Assembly (NCBI GenBank): GCA_032718475.1
Contig: JAUCBJ010001705.1
Span: 1 to 42,076, forward strand
DNA length: 42,076 bases
Source: Nemertoderma westbladi
Lineage: Eukaryota; Animalia; Xenacoelomorpha
Direction: 5' to 3'
The notes under the pieces are model-generated. The model ran no database searches. It saw nothing but the letters and a program-made list of their open reading frames with translations, and had not been told where the DNA came from. The position numbers were made by a program, and so were the translations under genes. Positions 24,517 through 36,167 of the stretch are shown here, piece by piece; positions within the stretch are counted from its first letter, which is position 1, and the number at the start of each line of letters is the position of its first letter.

Positions 24517-24625
24517 AAGGACCCCTTTGTAAATAAGCTACAGCTTTAGGGGTAATCCTACAGTGTATATGTTATGTTGGACAATACATATTATAATATT
24601 GTTCTTGTTTTTACATGATGTGTGA
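24517..24625 (+). repeat. Isolated 3'-UTR fragment of the LINE family at 9845-11080
   Basis: AAAGGACCCCTTTGTAAATAAGCT...TTTAGGGGTAATCCTA...TATGTTATGTTGGACAATAC matches the reverse complement of ~9917-9983. Confidence 0.75.
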
Positions 24626-24674
24626 TAATAATTTCACAAACTAATTGAAACTATTAAACTAGTTAGTAAACTGG

Positions 24675-24780
24675 TAATTCCGGTAAAATTCCGGCCGGAA
24701 TTGACCCCATTCCGGCCGGAACCGGACTCTGGCAAAAACCGCCGGAATTCCGGTCGGAACGGAATTCCGGGACATCCCTA
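24675..24780 (-). mobile_element. One end of a hAT-like MITE
   Basis: Minus strand starts TAGGGATGTCCCGGAATTCCG followed by repeated CCGGAAT/TTCCGG motifs; partner end not found. Confidence 0.45.
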
Positions 24781-24797
24781 TACATTACCATTCTTAC

Positions 24798-27126
24798 CTT
24801 CACTAGATCCAATATATGTAGGTCAGTTAAACCCTTACAAAAAGCATCTAACTGAGCTTTCCTAGACAATATTAGCTCCTGCCGTATAATTGAATCAATT
24901 ATGTCTTTCAAATTGGTTTTTGATAACCCTTCGTGAGGATCTAAATCACACTGTTCGACCAATACCGTAAGTTTATCTTGATCGTCGGAAATTGTCTCCA
25001 ACATCATTTCACAAGTTTCTGAGTCTAGGCTGTTCGCTTGAAACAACTATAATAAAATTGATTTTAAAATGATACAACTTTATGTATTAGGCCTACTTTA
25101 TGACTTACTATAATTGCATTCTAAAGATTCAGAAGGTGAATCGAATAGTGATGTGCTACCTACTGTATATCCTATAAATTTAACTCAATACGAAATACAG
25201 TAAGTAAATGAACAGAAATAAGAAAAGGTTTTACTTACCTCTTCGAGAATTTTTCTGCGACTCAAGCATGCCGCAGTTGCAGGGAAGTCATGCAGACTGC
25301 CCACAGGCAAATCCCAACAATCAGAAGATATACTTAAGTAATGGTACGCGCTCTCCGCCAAAGGAATAGCTGGGCCACCATGAAACATACTATATGATAC
25401 CACACATCCTGACAGTTCCATCAGTCGCGCACTAATTGTTTTCCTCGGTATGAATCCCGATCCAACTTCTTCAAAGCAAGCTAAATATTAAAATATTGGC
25501 TAGAGTTCCGTATGTCTCCCACAAGAGCCATGATATAGTTCTTTATAGCCCAGGGTATTTTAATAGAGGCAAGAATGGTAATCTAATAAAGTGCTGGATT
25601 CTCACTCCAGTTATAAAGCATTGTCACCCGCTGTATAAAGTTCTAAAAAAATTATTATATCTATGGAGTTACGAGATTGGGGGGGGTACTGGTCTGGACG
25701 TAAGTCCCATCTCGGCGAATTAATATTTCGTCTCAATGTTAAATTACCAATTTAGGGAAAGGAGCTGGTTACAGTGACACGTTATTTTAACCAAAACAAT
25801 AAGCTATAGTCAATAGAAAAGGTTAGTTTTATTTTTAGGAATAATCAGCTGTTATTTGCGTCCAATTTCTGAATAAAGTTCTCACATAAAGTACTGTAAA
25901 ATAAATTGTTTTTAGTAGCAAATAAAATATATTTTATAATTACCTTTAAGTGTTTGTTCTATGGCTTTCGATAGAAATTGCCTCGTCAAACCACCCACGT
26001 CAATTCAACTGTCAGCTTCATCGAGAACTTCCAGTTGATAAGCAACAAACGGCTTTTTATATGTTAAAGTAGGGTCTCCATGTGAAAATCTTTTAATCTC
26101 AGACATCAGCCGGTGCATCTCAGAACCGTGAACCACATTACCAATGTGGTGCTTTTGTAGATTACATAAATTAGACTGTAGTTGAAGAAGCAACACACCA
26201 CCATTCATTAACTGAGACATCCCGCTTTCCCAAGTAGGAGATGAGCCACTAGCGCCTGAAAATGATGAACCGCAACCTGTAAAAACTGTATCGCTAGTAT
26301 CATCAATAGAAATTGTTTCGGGAATTTCATCATCAACAGGTATTTCGATATCTTGAACTTCGGGTTCGGAGACTGTCGTTGATGTGTGAGTATCACACTC
26401 TTGCAATAAACGAATAATAACAGCCCCTTGATTAGGATACACTGCTTTGATTGCTTGGCCATCAACCAAGGACTGAGACAATGATATTGGAGCAACTCGT
26501 CGATTGGTACCTTTTATAAATTCATAGTCGATTAATATTCCATTTTAATAGCAAGTTCTTCAACAAGCATTTCTCTAATATTGTCGTGATTATCCGCCAC
26601 GTCAAATTTCAATAAACCATGCATTATTACATTGCGTTGATGGGTGCTGGTAGATCCTACTTTAAGAACAACCAGCGATTTGCACAAATTTCTACGCCCT
26701 CGCCCAGTAGGTCTACCGGAACTACTTTGTAATCGGCACCCAACTCGCTGAGGCTGGCTGGTACTCCGACGACCATGTCTACCAAAACTCCGTGGTGGTA
26801 CAGCTAAGGAAGGGTCAAAGACTGTTTGTAAGGGCTGAAGGGACGCTGCACTGTGTACGGAGCAAACGCTCGACTAATTTCATCTAGCGTTGTCTGACGC
26901 CTTGTAGGTGTATCCATTATTGTAGGAACAGCGGGTGGGGGATCTGACCTACCCGCAGTATTGGTACTTGTTGCGGAAATACCTGGAGGGACAGTGGTAG
27001 AGGTAGTGGAAGGCGTCTCATTGCCACTTCGTAAACCATCTTTATTAAGGCCGCAATTGTGGCAAAAGGGGCCACAGCCAGCCAATACTTCTGCCAGTCT
27101 GCCCCACAATATGTACAAAATACCAT
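24798..27126 (-). pseudogene. Transposon second gene: zinc ribbon + HECT-like ubiquitin ligase N-lobe; exons 27126-25944, 25480-25239, 25046-24798
   Basis: MVFCTYCG/..PFCHNCG; DEADS*IDVGGLTRQF (HECT E-G-D-GG-REF motif); frame-preserving GT-AG introns give ACFEE..., GCVVSYSMFHGGP..AYHYL and RKAQLDAFCKGL..LHILDLV; about 3 frameshifts and 1 stop; C-lobe not found. Confidence 0.8.
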
Positions 27127-27232
27127 ATTAAAGTGCAGTTATTTCAGTCTTCTAACTGCGTAAATCTAACAGAATCACTACTCACTAGTCTCCTATTACC
27201 CCTAATCCCACCTCTATTCTTATATGTACTGT

Positions 27233-28223
27233 ATCATCTGCAATTTGTTGGCACCTCCGTATTAGGCTCTCAATTTCAAATATGAAATTTTCAGATGACA
27301 TACCTACTGGCTACTGCAGTACTCTGTAACTATACTGTTAACCGTACTGTCTGTACCGTGTACCCTACATATCAGAAATTCGATTTTGCTGATCGAATAC
27401 TGGAATACAACAATTGCTCAACAGCGCCCTCTCGTGATCTACTTACTAATTGCAGATATTGTCAACAACGCATTTGATTGGACAAAATACTGCAAAAACA
27501 TCGCTTACTTTAAACTATGTTTAAACGACACTGTAAAAACATCGCTTACTTTAAACTATGTTTAAACGACACTGTAAAAACATCGCTTACTTTAAACTAT
27601 ATTACTGCATAAACACATACTTCATTTTAAGCAATGTCGGAACAGAACTGCAATTAAATACCTTATTTAAAGCGATTTATTACAGTCAACTACATAAACA
27701 TAGCTTACTTTTAAGCGATGTTTTAACAGAACTTGTAAAAAATATCTTAATTTTAAGCGATTTATTAAAGTCAACTACATAAACATAGCTTACTTTTAAG
27801 CGATGTTTTAAGAGAACTTGTAAAAAATACCTTACTTTTAAGCGATTTATTAAAGTCAACTTCATAAAACATAGCTTACTTTTAAGCGATGTATAAATTC
27901 AAATGCAATAAAATACCATACTTTTAAGTGATTTTCAAGGCAATTGCAAAAATTTAGCTTACTTATAAGCGATTTTCAAGGCAAATACAAAAAACATAGC
28001 TTACTTTTAAGCGATGTTTTAAGAGAACTTGTAAAAAATACCTTACTTTTAAGCGATTTATTAAAGTCAACTTCATAAAACATAGCTTACTTTTAAGCGA
28101 TGTATAAATTCAAATGCAATAAAATACCATACTTTTAAGCGATGCTTATAAATATAAGCTAATGAAAAATGTAAGGTACACATTTGTAATTCTAAGGTAT
28201 TTTGGCTCAAATCAGACGCCATA
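27233..28223 (-). repeat. Right terminal inverted repeat (~0.99 kb)
   Basis: Near-identical inverse of the left TIR, shorter by about one 211-bp block and one 41-bp unit; identical spurious 74-aa ORF in both TIRs. Confidence 0.93.
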
Positions 28224-28449
28224 GGCTCAAACCTCCCCCGTTAGTGAGTGGGGAAGGATTTTTCTCCGTATCATCAACATATTTATAATTATTGAAGGCA
28301 GTGATTTTTAATGTTAAATTGCTTTTTTTTTTATTGGACTTTTTTTCTCCTCCTTTTTTTACGAATTGTGCATAATGACTTTTTGTTGTCCCTTTAATGA
28401 CTTTTGTTGTCCTTTTTATGTATGTATTTCTTCAAACTGTCAGACTGCT

Positions 28450-28690
28450 GATTTCTGGACTGTCAGGCAGTTGATTTCGACATGCCTATGGCAAAACATT
28501 CAAAATTTGTTGATTTCTGGTCTGTCGGACAGTTGGTTTCACTAAGCCTGTGCCAAAACATTCAAAATTCCATGATTTATAGACTATGAGATAGATTTCC
28601 ATATGCGCCTGTGGTAAAAGACTCTAAATTTAATAGTTTGTGGTTGTTGTCGATAATCGATTACCACATGACGTAGCAAAACACTCATTT
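28450..28690. repeat. Degenerate ~60-bp tandem repeat, 3-4 copies
   Basis: TGATTTCTGG..TGTC.G.CAGTTG.TTTC...GCCT.TG.CAAAACATTCAAAATT recurs. Confidence 0.6.
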
Positions 28691-28699
28691 TATAGCCAA

Positions 28700-29296
28700 A
28701 AACAATTACCAATTGATGGAAAGGAGCAGGTTAAGGCCGGATTTTCTAACCAAAACAATAAACAGTCACTTTACCAAATATAAAGGAAAGGAGCAGGTTA
28801 CAGAGGCTAGCCTTTCTAACCAAAACAATAAACTTTGCCAAATCAGGGAAAGGATCAGGTTACATAGGCGGGATTTTCTAACCAAAACAATAAACAATCA
28901 CTATATCAAATGAAGGAAAGGAGCAGATAACATAGATGGTCTTTTCTAACCAAAACAATAAACGATAACACATTACCAATTGAGAGAATGGAGCAAACAG
29001 AGGCGGGATTTCCTAACCAAAACAATAAACGATCACTTAACTAATTGAGGGAAAGGAGCAGGTCACAGAGGCGGGATTTTCTAACCAAAACAATAAACGA
29101 TCACTTAACTAATTGAGGGAAAAGGAGCATGTTACAGAGGCGGGATTTTCTAACCAAAACAATAAACGATTATTTAAGTAATTGAGGGAAAGGGGCAGTT
29201 TACAGAGGCGGGATTTTCTAACCAAAACAATAAACAGTCACTTTACAAAATGAAGGAAAGGAGCAGGTTACAAAGGCGGGCCTTTCTAACCAAAAA
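28700..29296. repeat. ~60-69-bp minisatellite, ~9 copies
   Basis: GGAAAGGAGCAGGTTACAGAGGCGGGATTTTCTAACCAAAACAATAAAC units; solo copies near 24320, 25755 and 33215. Confidence 0.85.
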
Positions 29297-30928
29297 TTCT
29301 GCGCTTGAACAACGTTCTTATGCGCCTGACAGCCTGAGTCAAAAATTCTGTGCTCGAACAACGTTTTTCTGGGCCTGACTGCCTGAGTAAAAAATTATGC
29401 ACTTGAACAAAAAAAATGAACAAAAATTATCTGTTTTTGTAGGCCTACATACCCAGATACCGGTACTGCCTGACTGCTGTACTGACATAATAAATAAATA
29501 ATTTTTATGTTACCGTACGTCAGTATGTGTGTTAATTCTGTATACCAGTCTGCCAGTACAGCAGTAGGCCTATGCCTATACCGTAGCAGCGTAGGCTAAC
29601 TAACTGACTAAAACAGACTTGTATTTGTTTACCGGCGACCGGTAGGCCTACTTAATTAATTAATTAATTAAGCATTTAAGTCAAATATTTTCTTTCCGTT
29701 TTTCTTCACAATCTTCGTAAATTGTATTTCCAGATCTTTTCGTCACACCGTTGTGATATGAATGAGTCCGATATAACTCCGTATTTCACCGTTTGGGTCC
29801 GTTTGGGTTTTTTTAGTCCTACCGGTGACCGGCTGACCGGGGCCTATCCTACATCCTATAGCCTAGTACATACTTTGCCAAGATTCAGCTTATGGTAAAC
29901 AAATTAAAATCACGGCAATGAAAGAAGGTTTTCATTTTCAGACATTTCGAGTTCGCCCTCTTGCGGCGGACTGGAGAACTGCAGCAGTACCGGTTGCACT
30001 ACCCAATCACATTCCAGCCTTCATCAAAAAAGATGCAGCTGCAGCATGCAGGCATGTAGTCGTGGTCTGGTACTGTAATATATTATAAGGCTCAGCTTAA
30101 ACAGATTAAGATGAAGGAAATGGATCGATTTTGTCCCAAATTACCCAGTTTACCCTATCTGCCTATTGCGTCTGTCTATGTACGTACAGTGTCAGCAGGT
30201 CAGAGTGTACAAATGTATGCTGTACACTGCAGCACTGTACAGCTGTACATAGTTACAGAGTTAGGGTTCAACAGAAGGCACTTTATGGGGCCGAACCGAA
30301 CCGAAGCAGGGGCCGACTTTGGGCCGAACCGATCCGAACCGAAGTTCAGAAAGTTAGCAAGTTATGGCAGTATGGTCATCATAACAGCATAAATTCGTAT
30401 TTACGTCTTACGTCACTATACTAGCTGACTGGCAGTGGCAGACTGGTACCTATTTTGGTCAGCGGGCTTAGCGAGAAAGCTATGATTAATTAAAAAAATA
30501 AGTACTACAAAATAAAATGGCAATATTTACATTACTGTACATTACTAACATAAACTACCGATACTGTATACTTACTGCTGTACTGTATGCATGCACTTAC
30601 TGTAGCGTAGCCTATGCAACACATTTTCACCCATAGTCAGATAGTACTGCTGTACTGTGTGACTGTAGTAAGCCGTATAGTAGTAACATCAAATTTAGAA
30701 AACCTCAATAAACACTAAATGTACAGGTAGTCTTTGTAATACTATTTATATATGAGGTAGTAGGTATATTTGGTATTATGTATCAAAGTTATGATTAATT
30801 AAAAAATAGGTGTACTACATAAGTAAAATGACAATATTTAGCCTAACCTAAACTACTGTATAATTAAGCTAATTTTGAAACTACCCAAGTAATCTGGAAA
30901 CAATTAAAAAATTAATGCCATTTAATTG

Positions 30929-33900
30929 GGTCCGACGAATTTGTACAAAAAAAGTACAAAAAAATACAAAATAGTAGGCCTACAATATAGTACAAAAGAA
31001 TACAAAAGAGTACAATAAAGTGCAAAAATAGTACAAAAGAGTGCAAAAATAGTACAAAAGAGTACAAACGAGTGAGAAACGCTTACAAAACGTGTATCCA
31101 AGTGTAGTTCAAATCGTTTAGAGGGGCGCACATGATGTGCAAAATAAAACAAAGCATTGTCTGATTGTGGGGCGAGCCATGCATTGAGCGGGGGCTGATC
31201 TAGCAGTCAGACAGTCAGAGAGTATTACAATACAATCTTATGAGTTTTAATGCAGCTTTTTGTTTTCGAAAAACACCCAAAACTGTCCCAAGCCCGCAAA
31301 ATTGCAGAGGGAGAACTCAATAAAGTTGCAGATAGAGGCGTACATACAGACATACATAAACATAGCCCACATAACGTAGCATACAGTCTATCCTTCAGTA
31401 CTGCAGTACTGGTATATGGGCTACTTTAAGACTATGACCTAAATTTTGAATCACAGTTACAGTATAGAGAGTTTTATCTACCCACTGCATAATATGTATT
31501 GCATTATATTGTATTATACGAACTGTAGCCTATTGGCCTATACTTGTATGCCAGTCAAAATCTACATGAATCAAAGTTCTGTCAATCATTTCATACTGAC
31601 CACAGAACCATGGCCGCTAGTGATTGACACTGTAGCGGCGCATATTTCTGTATTTCAGGTGCCGTTGCATTTGCTTACAATTTATTATATTTGTATACAA
31701 GTGCAGTAAGGTAGTCAGCCAGTTAGAGGTTTTGTGCAGCCAGATGAAATCTCACTTTTTTCCAGCCAGTTCATAGAAACACCAGCCCGCACCTGGCTGG
31801 TCTGGATATCAACTGGCTGGCCAATTGCAGTTCCGTTATCGGGCTGCTTTGTTCAGTATGATTTGAAGGAGTTAACCCTCTCCAGCTCTGATAAATGATT
31901 GACAGACTTTCTTGTGATGTAGCCGCAATGCTTGACAGATTTCTTGTGATATAGCCGCAATGCTTGCAGGTGTTCTTGTGATGTAGCCGCTCTGTGGGAG
32001 GTTGGGTATAACTGAAATAGAGGCGCCCCTTGGTGCTTGGTGCTGTGCCTGGATTACAACTGTGAACTGTAGATGCTGAATTAACCTTACGTTAAGTTTG
32101 TAAGTTGTAATAATAAGTTGATTTTGTGTTAAAGTTTAAAATGCGTTAAATTATGCAGCGTTATCTGTTTGTGCTTTGGATGTAACTTTTCCTCTCTCAT
32201 AAGTAAGCCATAAGCTGGCTGCTACTGATAGACAATAGACATTGTGACATGGCTGCATGGCTTATGAAAAGATTCATAATTGAATAATCTAAATACATGG
32301 ATGGCAATTAACCTTATACATATTACATAATAAAGTAATAAACTTACATAACATATTAGCCAATAAAGTAATTAACCTTACATATTACCTAATAAAGTAA
32401 TTAAATTAACCTTACTTTACCTTACATATTATCTAATTGAGTATTGCGGTCATCGGTCATGCCATGGTCTGATGGTATAGTTGATAGTTTAATAATATTA
32501 ACTATATATACGTCATTGTTCATAAAATAGAACTTTTATAGCGTTACAGCACGAGTGATTTTGTTTCCCTAGCGACAGTGAGTGAAATAATAGAACAAGG
32601 GCCGTAAAAGCTTTAATGTGCTAATTATGAACAATGACGAATCTAATTTTATTTATTTGTGGGGAATTATTTGTAGTTATGAACTCAAACTTTCTAGAAC
32701 AACCAAATAATGACGCGGTGACATACATACATAGTATGGCGTAGGGACATACTGAGAAATATTGTCACACTGCGATGTAAAGCTGGAAAATATGTCGCCC
32801 TGGCGATTTGGTAGTGCGAAATTAATTCCACACAAATAAATAAAATTGTATTGGAAATATTACATTATATTAATTATAATATGTTTCGCGGGATTTGGAG
32901 GTGTGAGAAAATGTCCCACCTCATCTCATACTGACTGAATAATTATGTTTACTCTAAAATCTATAGTCTATCTGCAAGATCAATTTAATTTCTGAAAAAT
33001 TTAAAAAATTATCAGAACTTAAAATTTTCAGATAGGGGAGGGGGGGGGGGGGGGGGGGAGCTGGACGCAATAAAAATGCATTCCTCTCCAGGAGAAATTC
33101 GACGCAAATAACGGCCCATGCAGCCATGTGAAGAATACAAGACTTTCTACCGTTATATTTCACTTTGCAGTTACCCCCATGTGAAGAATACCGGTACCAG
33201 GTTTTCACCAAAAACACAGGTTACAGAAGGGTTGAATCTAACCAAAACAATAAACAAATTAGAATATGTACAGGTTAAGACAGAAACTACAGCTGTTGAG
33301 CTAAATAAAGTTCTGCAGTTTGTTATAGTACGCAGGTAGGCTAAGCTTACTGCGTAATATCCCCCACGGCGTTGTAGGCTACTTGGCTTGACACTAGTAT
33401 TGCAGTATCAGAGTATGGGCTGTGGATTCGGTAGTCTATTAGTTGGTTGGTTAGTCTGTTGCTGTTGTGTCAATGGTACTGGTATGTATGTAGAGTCCAG
33501 TGAGCTGTAAATAATTGGCAGCCATCTGGCAATAGGGAGCTTTTGAGTGACATACTAGTACGTCGGCTCTCTGATTGATCTCAGAGAGGTTATGTTTGGA
33601 CACCATCTGGCTGGTAAATATCATCTGGCTGGATTTTTGATTTAATTATATTATTTACAATAACTTCTTCATACAAGCTCTAAATTTATTGTACAAGCAC
33701 GTCAAGGTGTAGAATTTGAAGCCGGTTCTAATGATACTAATATCTCCGTGCCCAAATTTTATTGAGAGTGCCCGTTTAAATTTAAAAATTCCAATGATAA
33801 GCTACGGGGATTTCCACTTAAAAACTGCAGAATCCAGCCCCCATCTGGCTGTACAAAAGACATGAACTGGCTGACTGTACCTTACTGAAGTGTAGTGTAG

Positions 33901-34092
33901 TGTATACTTACTATATACAGCTACACTGGCAGGTGACTGGTATACCTGTATACACGTTTTGTATGCGTTTCTCACTCGCTTGTACTCATTTGTACTATTT
34001 TTGCATTCTTTTGTACTATTTTTGCACTTTATTGTACTATATTGTACTATTTTGTATTTTTTTTATACTTTTTTGTACAGATTCGTCGGACC
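30929..34092. mobile_element. Non-autonomous TIR element with ~170-bp TIRs
   Basis: GGTCCGACGAATTTGTACAAAA...GAGTGAGAAACGC...AAAACGTGTAT (30929-31097) is the inverse of 33950-34092; possible degenerate 8-bp TSD ATTTAATT/ATTCAATT. Confidence 0.78.
31698..33892. mobile_element. Nested TIR element flanked by TA
   Basis: CAGTAAGGTAGTCAGCCAGTT...CAGCCAGATG inverse to CATCTGGCTG...AACTGGCTGACTGTACCTTACTG; internal CAGCCAG/CTGGCTG repeats; no ORF. Confidence 0.6.
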
Positions 34093-34630
34093 GATTCAAT
34101 TAAATTGAAGTTCAGTCCAAAATTAATTAGTTCAACGATGGACAGATTGTAGTCTTACTGTCTTCTGGTCTTACCGGTAGCTCAATCAGTCAATGTAATA
34201 CTTGGAATATTTAGCAAATATCTAGCAAATTTCTGCGCCTGATATAGTGATATATATCCATGACATTGTACATACTTTGAAATCGGACCATTTGGTGCAT
34301 TTGCCATTGGGATTGGGAAGTTGGGTATTCGATTGGGTAGGCCTAAAGTTGGGTGGTATTGGGTATTGGGTATATTAGTGCAGAAGTGGTGTAAGCCATA
34401 AGCTGTAACTGTGTAAGGTTGGGTAAAGTTGGGTATTTAGTAGCTAGTAGGACCGTACGGCAAAATACCTTTATTACAGTATTACCCTGCCGGTGCGGTA
34501 ACTTATTAGGCTACCATGTTTAGTGTCTAGATCGCTGTGTCGAACATTGCCAGATTGCCGTCCCGAACAGCAGTCAGCAGTACAGCCGTATACAATATTC
34601 ATATTCATCTAGACTGCCAGAACAACTTGA

Positions 34631-34735
34631 ATGGATGAACTGGCACTAAGCGACCTTCTCGAGTGTTCCGTTTGTTTGGAACGTTTGGATTCGGACAATC
34701 ACAAGGCGCTTCCTTGCCAACATACTTTCCATAAG
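34631..34735 (+). CDS. SH3RF1: SH3 and RING finger E3 ligase (POSH/SH3RF family), coding exon 1
   Basis: [35 protein letters not shown] then AAG|GTAAGT; matches the POSH N-terminus; too short for the ORF track. Confidence 0.92.
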
Positions 34736-35372
34736 GTAAGTCCTGAACTCAGTAAGTACTGATGTAGTAGGGCCTAAATCAGTAAGTAGTGGGTGCCTTT
34801 TTTACACAATGATCTAAATAGATGTAGACACCTTCTGACCTTCAAAACGACTTCCAATTACCGCACCGATTAAAAAATAGGACAATAAAACCGCAATTTT
34901 ACGGTAGAGGTTCGTGCAGGCTACACAACATTATGCCTAACGGTTGTACTGGTCAGCAGGGACCTAGGCTTACCGCTATACACGAATCTGAAACAGGCGA
35001 CCGGCTGACAAACGTAACGGTAGTCAAATTTATATTTTTATAACAAATATTAGCTGTAATTTATTATTACGTACCGGTAATTTGGAAAAAAAGTGTACCG
35101 GTACCCAGTATAACTTTTTTCCAATGTCTGAATGTAATATCTGAATATATAACAACTACCGGTACCGGTATTAATTTTATTTTTATTTTTTTTTTAGTTT
35201 GTTTTGAAAAAAATGGATGTTTTTTTTCAATTTAGGCCTACAGGACACGTATTAATTGTGGTTGGTCCTATTACAGTATTATGATTAGTACAGAAATCAG
35301 GCATCAGGGTGGGGTATTTCTCTAGGCCTATAAATAACTATTATATACCCGATCGGTATTTATAAATTCCAG

Positions 35373-35565
35373 CAATGTCTTATCGATATCCACCAAAAAC
35401 GTGATGAACTGCGTTGTCCGGAATGCCGGGTACTGGTAACCTACCACGTGGATGAATTACCGCCCAATCTGATGCTGATGCGGTTGTTGGAGGGACTAAA
35501 ACCGAGACCGAGTCCAGCTACTGCCGAGCAACAAGGTTACCCGTCCCGATATACTGGTTCTACAG
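35373..35565 (+). CDS. SH3RF1: SH3RF/POSH exon 2 (rest of RING)
   Basis: TTCCAG|QCLIDIHQKRDELRCPECRVLVTYHVDELPPNLMLMRLLEGLK...; phase-1 donor CAG|GTCAGA (3' boundary less certain). Confidence 0.88.
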
Positions 35566-36167
35566 GTCAGACGGGCATTAATTTTTACTGTTATTATTTT
35601 GTAGTTATATCTAATATGGATATGGATCCGCAGCTAAAATTATTTCTAGATTACTGTATGTAAGAATATCTACCATATTACGAATATTTAATCTTAATGA
35701 CACAAAGGCATTATTTTAAAATCACCCAGGGACACCTACACCCAGGACCCAGATAAATGTTTTTTTCTGAATTTCGCCATTTTCTGTGCTTCTATATACC
35801 AAAAATCTAGAATGGCCATGGCCAAATCTAACTACCCAAAAGGGCTGTTGAACAGGTAGATCCCGATTACGCTGGAGGCCCCGGGATCGACCCCTTTGTA
35901 CTTTATTTTAATATTTCTGAGCTAAAAATACTGAAATACGAAGATTTTATGATCCAATTTTAAGGAAACGTCAAAACTAGCTCCTGTTTACTGGTTTACT
36001 ATGTATGTGGGTGATGGTAAACCAATGTTTGTGGTTTTTTGAGATGCAAAAAAGGTTTCTCATTTCTTTTTAGCCGCCGCCAAGCCACCCTCGGTACAAT
36101 AGAAAGTTTATTGCGTTTCGTTAACTGCGAGTTAATGTGTATGATCTATCCCTGTTCTGGTCCATAG

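Larger units (their letters stand above)
11614..28223. mobile_element. IS3EU-like DDE DNA transposon with long TIRs, two convergent genes and two nested LINEs
   Basis: Termini TATGGCGTCTGATTTGAGCC...GGCTCAAATCAGACGCCATA; 6-bp TSD GGCTCA at 11608-11613 and 28224-28229; integrase-type transposase; TAY..RTA ends with a 6-bp TSD fit IS3EU as I recall it. Confidence 0.88.

Noticed and set aside
23900-24670. Missing HECT C-lobe exons
   Set aside because: Looked by eye on the minus strand for F.TG and P.A.TC motifs; none found, only repeat fragments.
26005-26007. Selenocysteine/readthrough at the TGA in the HECT motif
   Set aside because: Position is normally Gly (GGA to TGA is one change) and the gene has several frameshifts; it is decay.
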